A DNA stretch of 64,000 nt from a bacterium. GTDB lineage: Bacteria; SZUA-182; DTGQ01; JAFGSM01. The notes under the pieces were generated by a model that did not search any database, was not told the DNA's origin, and was given only the letters and a program-made list of their open reading frames with translations. Every line of letters starts with the position of its first letter. Within the stretch, counting starts at the first letter, position 1. The stretch lies in assembly GCA_049472315.1 (NCBI GenBank), contig JBLIRN010000017.1, forward strand, positions 1-64,000. Direction: 5' to 3'. A program made the translations under genes and the position numbers. Below, in pieces: positions 62,625 through 64,000 of this stretch.

Positions 62625-62710
62625 TCCCCCACGCATCTGCCTACCGCTCTGACGGTCGATAGCCCGAAACTCCCTGGTCGAGGGGATGTTGGAGTGCACC
62701 GCCCCCTTTC
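62625..62710 (-). repeat. Diverged duplicate of part of the Lhr-like helicase gene (about 63857-63940)
   Basis: HSNIPSTREFRAIDRQSGR vs HSNIPSTREYRVIDRESGR; DNA aligns with scattered substitutions. Confidence 0.75.
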
Positions 62711-62748
62711 AGACGGCATCCCAGTTAAACCAAATTCCGGGACTTTCC

Positions 62749-63300
62749 TTAATAGAGCGTCCCGTAATTTGTTGTCGGGAGTTGCAGGCTGTATAAAGAA
62801 ACCCAACCTGTTGTCGGCGGTGAGGGCGTAATGCTCACCCCGTATAAGGGCTGCGGCGTCGGGGAGATTCCATAAAGGAGCCGGGGATACCAGGGATCAT
62901 TGTTTCCCCCTGACCAGGGTGATGTCCCGCCGAAGATGCCTCCGAAGATCCCGCCAAAAAATCCCCCAAAGAATCCTCCGAAGGGGAATGACCAGTTTCC
63001 ATAACCTCCATAACCGCCATATCCACCAAATAATCCGTATCCAGAGTGCCCCCACGAGGAGCCTGACCAGGGCGAATACCCGAAGAGCCCTCCTTTTTCA
63101 TTGATGAATATGTTTCGGGAGGAAGGAGTCTCCATTGTTGGCATATTTACCCCGTACATATAACTGATGAAACTTGGCGGAGTGGATTCCTCGTATCCGA
63201 CCATGTAAACGCCCCTGACGGCGGAGTAAGCTCCCAGAGAGGGTATGAGTGATTGTGTGCTCTGTCTCTTTTCGAGCCGCTCAAAGAATATATGTGCCAT
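62749..63300 (-). CDS. Gly/aromatic-rich hypothetical protein without a Sec signal
   Basis: RBS GGGAGG; GGY and FFGG/IFGG repeats; repeated LYG motifs. Confidence 0.7.
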   Translation of the reverse strand: MAHIFFERLEKRQSTQSLIPSLGAYSAVRGVYMVGYEESTPPSFISYMYGVNMPTMETPSSRNIFINEKGGLFGYSPWSGSSWGHSGYGLFGGYGGYGGYGNWSFPFGGFFGGFFGGIFGGIFGGTSPWSGGNNDPWYPRLLYGISPTPQPLYGVSITPSPPTTGWVSLYSLQLPTTNYGTLY

Positions 63301-63669
63301 GATTATCGACCTCCCTTATATTTCATCAGCACTGACTCGTTCATTTAGGATAAATTAGTCTAACATTTTCTCACCTGTAATCTAATAGACGTAAAAACTC
63401 TGAGAATTCCCCACGATCAAGTGAATGATTCCCAATACCAGCAAATACCGCAGACCTCAACCAGGGATGGTGGAATTTTGCGTTATCATAGCCCCTAATC
63501 AGGACAAGCCGGAACCTAAAAGGGATCTAAAATCTTCTGCCGGAAAAGGCATGAATTTCAGATGATCATGCCTTTTAATGGCATATCATTAAACGCATCG
63601 GAGATACGGGTGAGTGATTCTTGAAAATCCTCACTTGACAGGATTCTCACTGTACCATGTATGTGGGGT

Positions 63670-64000
63670 TCAAGGGCCTTTGAGGGAATCGGGCAGGAAG
63701 CGGCTGAAGGCGCCTTGCTGGCTTCGCTTCCTGAAGTGACTGAACTTTGGCTTCCGGGCGATTGGCCGTGCATGGAGGGTGAGCCCCTTGATGGAAAGGG
63801 TCTCCCATACCCTGCCTCCCAGCACGAAGATGGTGCCCGGCACTGCCTGGAGCCCGATCTCCCCCACCATTCTGCCGCTTTCCCGGTCGATCACCCGGTA
63901 TTCCCTGGTTGAGGGGATGTTGGAGTGTACCACCCCCTTCTCGGCAAGGTCCATGAGCTTCTCCGTGGCGAGGATGCGCTCCCTGCGGTAGTGAATATAC
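63670..64000 (-). CDS. C-terminal end of an Lhr-like DEAD/DEAH helicase (begins beyond the right edge)
   Basis: HSNI...Y.V.D..SG..VGEI......F.LGGRVW pattern resembles Lhr-family C-terminal regions. Confidence 0.55.
   Translation of the reverse strand, partial: YIHYRRERILATEKLMDLAEKGVVHSNIPSTREYRVIDRESGRMVGEIGLQAVPGTIFVLGGRVWETLSIKGLTLHARPIARKPKFSHFRKRSQQGAFSRFLPDSLKGP

Overview
Chromosomal window from a GC-rich, probably anaerobic, diderm bacterium. The outer-membrane beta-barrel, LdtD/MepK, desulforedoxin, CdaA-CdaR fusion and sigma54 regulators are compatible with a Desulfobacterota-like or candidate-phylum organism, but taxonomy cannot be fixed from this window. Recognisable content: a dispersed alpha-glucan/trehalose pathway (glgX, glgM-type glgA, glgE, treS-mak, glgB, plus pfkA); a cell-envelope cluster (three YcbB/LdtD L,D-transpeptidases, MepK/YcbK, diadenylate cyclase, cardiolipin synthase); transporters (SLC12-like, APC-Usp, CorA, MarC); several two-component and sigma genes; an S8 protease with Cys/Asp repeats; RluA; a radical SAM protein; and a decayed HEPN-MNT pair. 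The most striking unexplained signal is about ten signal-peptide-bearing, low-complexity proteins, most nearly uncharged. They comprise five paralogs of a 'PPYNLLWPLWSP' family (four tandem in A-B-A'-B' order), two Gly/Tyr/Met/Leu repeat proteins, a Thr/Pro/Ala/Phe protein and Tyr/Pro-rich proteins. Some sit behind promoters whose architecture is visibly repeated in the window: sigma54 sites with a shared ATTTCGAAAT palindrome 91-92 bp upstream, and four phased TTAA boxes before an extended -10. Most have an extra Shine-Dalgarno site in the leader. Together they suggest an undescribed, regulated extracellular structural system (coat, sheath or matrix); this is inference. No rRNA, tRNA or CRISPR array was seen.
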